From an uncultured Verrucomicrobiae bacterium (GTDB lineage: Bacteria; Verrucomicrobiota; Verrucomicrobiia; Limisphaerales; Palsa-1400): DNA of 64,000 nt. The stretch lies in NCBI GenBank assembly GCA_963702845.1, contig OY969763.1, positions 4,256,001-4,320,000 of the forward strand. The letters run 5' to 3'. Below are positions 60,983-64,000 of the stretch, one piece after another. Numbering within the stretch: the stretch's first letter is position 1; each line of letters starts with the position of its first letter. Below the pieces are notes generated by a model, which saw only the letters and a program-made list of their open reading frames with translations, searched no databases and was not told the DNA's origin. The translations under genes and the position numbers were made by a program.

Positions 60983-62021
60983 CTATCCTTTCTTACTGGT
61001 TGTTTTTTGAAGTTTTAGGTATAGCGCCGCTGCCCCGAGACTTAGCACTGTAAACAAAATATAAACACCCAACCGATCCGATTTCGGTGTTTGACCGTGC
61101 ATCGCAACGTGGGCTGGTTGTCGCGGTTTAACCAAAACCCCATTTGTATTGCGGACGAAGAGCACGTTATTGCTATAGAAATTGGTAAGCTGGATGTTCG
61201 TTGTTGCGAGCCGTGCAACAGAAAAAAAGTCGTTCGGCAACCCAGCAGGGGCAGTTTTTACTTCAAGAAGTGCCAATTCCAAAATGGCCTTCATTTCACC
61301 TTCCACTGGTGACGAGATAGTCATGCGTTCAGGGAACCCACCGAGCTGGGTAGCAAGAACGGGAAATACATACGAAATTATCCTGAACGGCTTCACTCTT
61401 CCCTTTAATCGCAGGGAAAGTTTAACAGGCACATCGTTCGATAAGCTAAGCTCGCCCAGAACCTCGTTTCCACTCGGCGCAATAGCAGTTAATTCAGTGC
61501 CATGCCACTCGATTTTCTGAAGGTCGAAATCGGGAACTCCCATGTTCAAAAACTGACCAACATAAGCGGCAAATACACCCCCTGAAGAATCTACCGCGTT
61601 TTCCGAGTTAGAAACGCCAACAGATACCAACTTGCCAGCAACCTGATAGGTTTTTCCTTCATTCCGACCAACTAATTGAGTCCGATCTTCCCAACGAGGA
61701 CCATTTGAATCGCTCGCAACTATCGAGAAAAAAAAGTCGTTCCCTTGTCGACCGCCCTCGCAAAAGAATGTGATCGGCATCTCTACCTTCGGTGCTTTTG
61801 GCCCAACACTGAATGTAGGTACTCTTGCCGCGAAACCGTTCTACCGGAACAGGAGAGGTAAGCGCTCGCTTGAAAAAGGAAACTAAATCCAGGTCTCCGG
61901 ATTGGATTGTAGCAGCGCCAGCACTATGTGTAATGCCCAGAGAAGCAACGATAAAAACAAAGATTAGGGTAACATGCCGCCAAAGAGGGAACCTAATACC
62001 AGACAACGAGTCAAATATCAT
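60983..62021 (-). CDS. Low-GC secreted/membrane protein split by a frameshift near 61780-61830
   Basis: ORF 61659..62021 (signal peptide) and ORF 60983..61780 (C-terminal TM) are contiguous. Confidence 0.45.
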
Positions 62022-62237
62022 ACGCCAATTGCCGCAATTTTCGACAAAAAAACAATGTATTGCTCAAGACCTAATCGTGTCAAAACAACGGTCACGCGTA
62101 TATCACTCAATTGGGGTATTCTTACGATGCAAGATCCACGGCCACCTTGTCTATCCACCCGAAGCGTCAGGAGTTTGAACCTCAAAAACCCTTGTTCGCG
62201 GATTAAAATTATGCGAACAGTTGTCGCATTAATTGTT

Positions 62238-62630
62238 ATGCCTAAGCGTCACAAAATCCCTTTTGCCAATCGGAACCACTCCGGATGGTGGATTTTTCGT
62301 GAGGTGGAGCAGTGGGTATCGAAGAACAAGAAGCCATCGCCCCGAAGTCGTTATCCGATCTGGGAGAACACCCGATTGCTCCGCGCGAAGAACCGGAAGG
62401 AAGCATACCGCAAAGCATTGAAGCTGGGCCGCGAAGGGCATCCGTCTAAAACCAAGGAGGGCGAGTGGCGCTTCGCAGGCATTTCCATGCTCCTGCCGGT
62501 CTATGAAGACATCGAAGACGGAGCAGAGATTCTCTGGGTGGATCGTGGCTCTCTGCGACTCAGCAGCATCCGGAAGCTGGTCAAATCTAAGCGCCAGCTC
62601 CCCATTTTCGATGACAACGAAGAAGCATAA
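62238..62630 (+). CDS. DUF4288-like protein (cassette)
   Basis: WENTRLLRAKNRKEAYRKALKLG..WRFAGI..EDGAEI; GTTATGC (62235) and GCATAAT (62625). Confidence 0.7.
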   Translation: MPKRHKIPFANRNHSGWWIFREVEQWVSKNKKPSPRSRYPIWENTRLLRAKNRKEAYRKALKLGREGHPSKTKEGEWRFAGISMLLPVYEDIEDGAEILWVDRGSLRLSSIRKLVKSKRQLPIFDDNEEA

Positions 62631-63290
62631 TTATCGCGCTGCATTTCACGCGGGGACTCCGCCAGCAACGAAGGCGTTCTCAGTAGATGCAGGTTTCGGC
62701 ACCACCACCGTCTTCGCAACCTCCATCGCGCCAAACCTGCGCGCCACCTCCAAACACTTGTTCGCGGATTAAAAATGTGCGAACTATTGGCGTATGGCCA
62801 CATTGATTTACTGACTGGGGAGGCAGTGCTTGAAGGAGATGTCGTAAAACTCCACACTTGGTCATGTGTTGTCGTTACGGTCGTTCAGCCAGGTAGCCCG
62901 GACTGGGATGATTACGGAGGCATTTCACTGAAATGTTTGGAAGGCGGGCCGATTCGACTTGAGCGCGTCAATGAGGATCTCATTTTAGTCAGTCGGAAGG
63001 CTTCGCGATGAATTGCCTAACGAGACTATAGTTTCGGCACCACACCGTCTTCGCAACCTCCATCGCGCCAAACCTGCGCGCCACCTTTAAAACATTGTTC
63101 GCCGATAAAAACTATGCGAACAGTTGTCGCAGATTAATGGTTAAGCCGGCACTCCATATGTCCCCGAAACGCTTATTCAAATTTGCGCTTTTCACCATAG
63201 CTATCGTCGGGTTTGTCGTTTACCGCACGTTCGCAAACAACCGTTACTGCATCTCGGGAAAATGCGGGTTGCAGAAATCTTGAACGATCG

Positions 63291-64000
63291 ATGCGCACCT
63301 TCCTCACAGCCAACTGGCGGTATTTGTTGATGCTTAACTACGCTGTCGATCCAGAACTACTCCGCCCCAACATTCCACCTGGCGTCGAACTGGATACTTG
63401 GAACGGCGAGAACTATCTGAGCGTTGTTGGCTTTCTTTTCCTGAGCACCAAAGTGTTCGGTGTTTCCCTGCCGCTACACTCCGATTTCGAAGAGGTGAAT
63501 CTCCGTTTCTATGTGCGACGCCGCGCTCCGGACGGCTGGCGACGTGGCGTTGTTTTTATCAAAGAAATCGTACCTCGACGTCTAATCGCGACCGTCGCTC
63601 GAACCTGCTACAACGAACCTTACGCCGTAATGCCAATGACCCACGCCATTGAGACGGTGAACGACAAATTACGCAACGGCGGGTCGGTAGAATACGCATG
63701 GCGTTATCAAGGTAAGTGGAACTCAATCTCCGCCAAGACCGTTGGCCCTCTGCAGCCGGTGATTGAAGGTTCAAAAGAAGATTTCATCACCAAGCACCAC
63801 TGGGGCTACACAGCCCAACCGAATGGCACGTGTAAAGAATACCACGTCGCGCACGAACCTTGGAATATTTGGCAGGTTGAAAAAGCCGTTTTGAATTGCG
63901 ACATTGCGCCAATTTACGGCGCGCAGTTCGTAAAACCATTAAGCGCACTTCCGGATTCAGCGTTTGTGGCGGACGGTTCACCCATAACCGTTAGTGCCGG
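63291..64000 (+). CDS. DUF2071/YqjF family protein, 3'-truncated by window
   Basis: Manual translation MRTFLTANWRYLLMLNYAVDP...FEEVNLRFYVRR...RGVVFIKEIVP. Confidence 0.85.
   Translation, partial: MRTFLTANWRYLLMLNYAVDPELLRPNIPPGVELDTWNGENYLSVVGFLFLSTKVFGVSLPLHSDFEEVNLRFYVRRRAPDGWRRGVVFIKEIVPRRLIATVARTCYNEPYAVMPMTHAIETVNDKLRNGGSVEYAWRYQGKWNSISAKTVGPLQPVIEGSKEDFITKHHWGYTAQPNGTCKEYHVAHEPWNIWQVEKAVLNCDIAPIYGAQFVKPLSALPDSAFVADGSPITVSA

Larger units (their letters stand above)
21399..64000. mobile_element. Integrated prophage/satellite-like element (right end not in window)
   Basis: att fragment followed by head morphogenesis, packaging, replication and immunity modules plus cassette cargo; no integrase or intact tRNA in window. 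Confidence 0.75.

Noticed and set aside
62775..63283. Intact cassette genes after the last two type A repeats
   Set aside because: One ORF begins inside the repeat and the other is about 40 codons; probably truncated or frameshifted cassettes

Overview
Bacterial chromosome segment, most consistent with a Verrucomicrobia (Pedosphaera-like) genome; this is inferred from gene content and style, not from a marker search. 1-21.4 kb is ordinary chromosome: GT10 glycosyltransferase, UbiA prenyltransferase, a large secreted beta-propeller/Ig protein, RNase D, an SDR, a serine hydrolase, vapBC, rpsL-rpsG-fusA, an octaheme cytochrome c/TPR protein and a sulfotransferase. fusA carries at least seven 1-bp insertions that look like sequencing errors. 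At 21399-21421 a lone tRNA 3'-end fragment marks the att boundary of an integrated phage-like element that apparently runs past the window end (>42 kb). Its minus-strand core encodes excisionase, Holliday-junction resolvase, SSB-like protein, exonuclease, PIF1 helicase, primase-helicase, terminase, portal, scaffold, capsid and head-tail adaptor, with a divergent plus-strand repressor. No tail or endolysin genes are recognisable. The most unusual feature is its cargo. Three stretches (28.6-33.8 kb between terminase and portal, 50.6-57.6 kb and 60-63.3 kb) are integron gene-cassette arrays with no integrase gene. They are punctuated by about 16-18 copies of two related attI-like sites, most sitting directly in front of a cassette. 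Some copies drag along possible intI 5' remnants or a phosphoketolase 3'-end fragment. An IS110/IS1111-family element sits inside one attC, with candidate guide matches in its non-coding end. The phage core also carries eight strand-polarised copies of a covarying TGGCC-stem-GCWA-stem hairpin, an iteron-like origin and a duplicated terminase 3' end.
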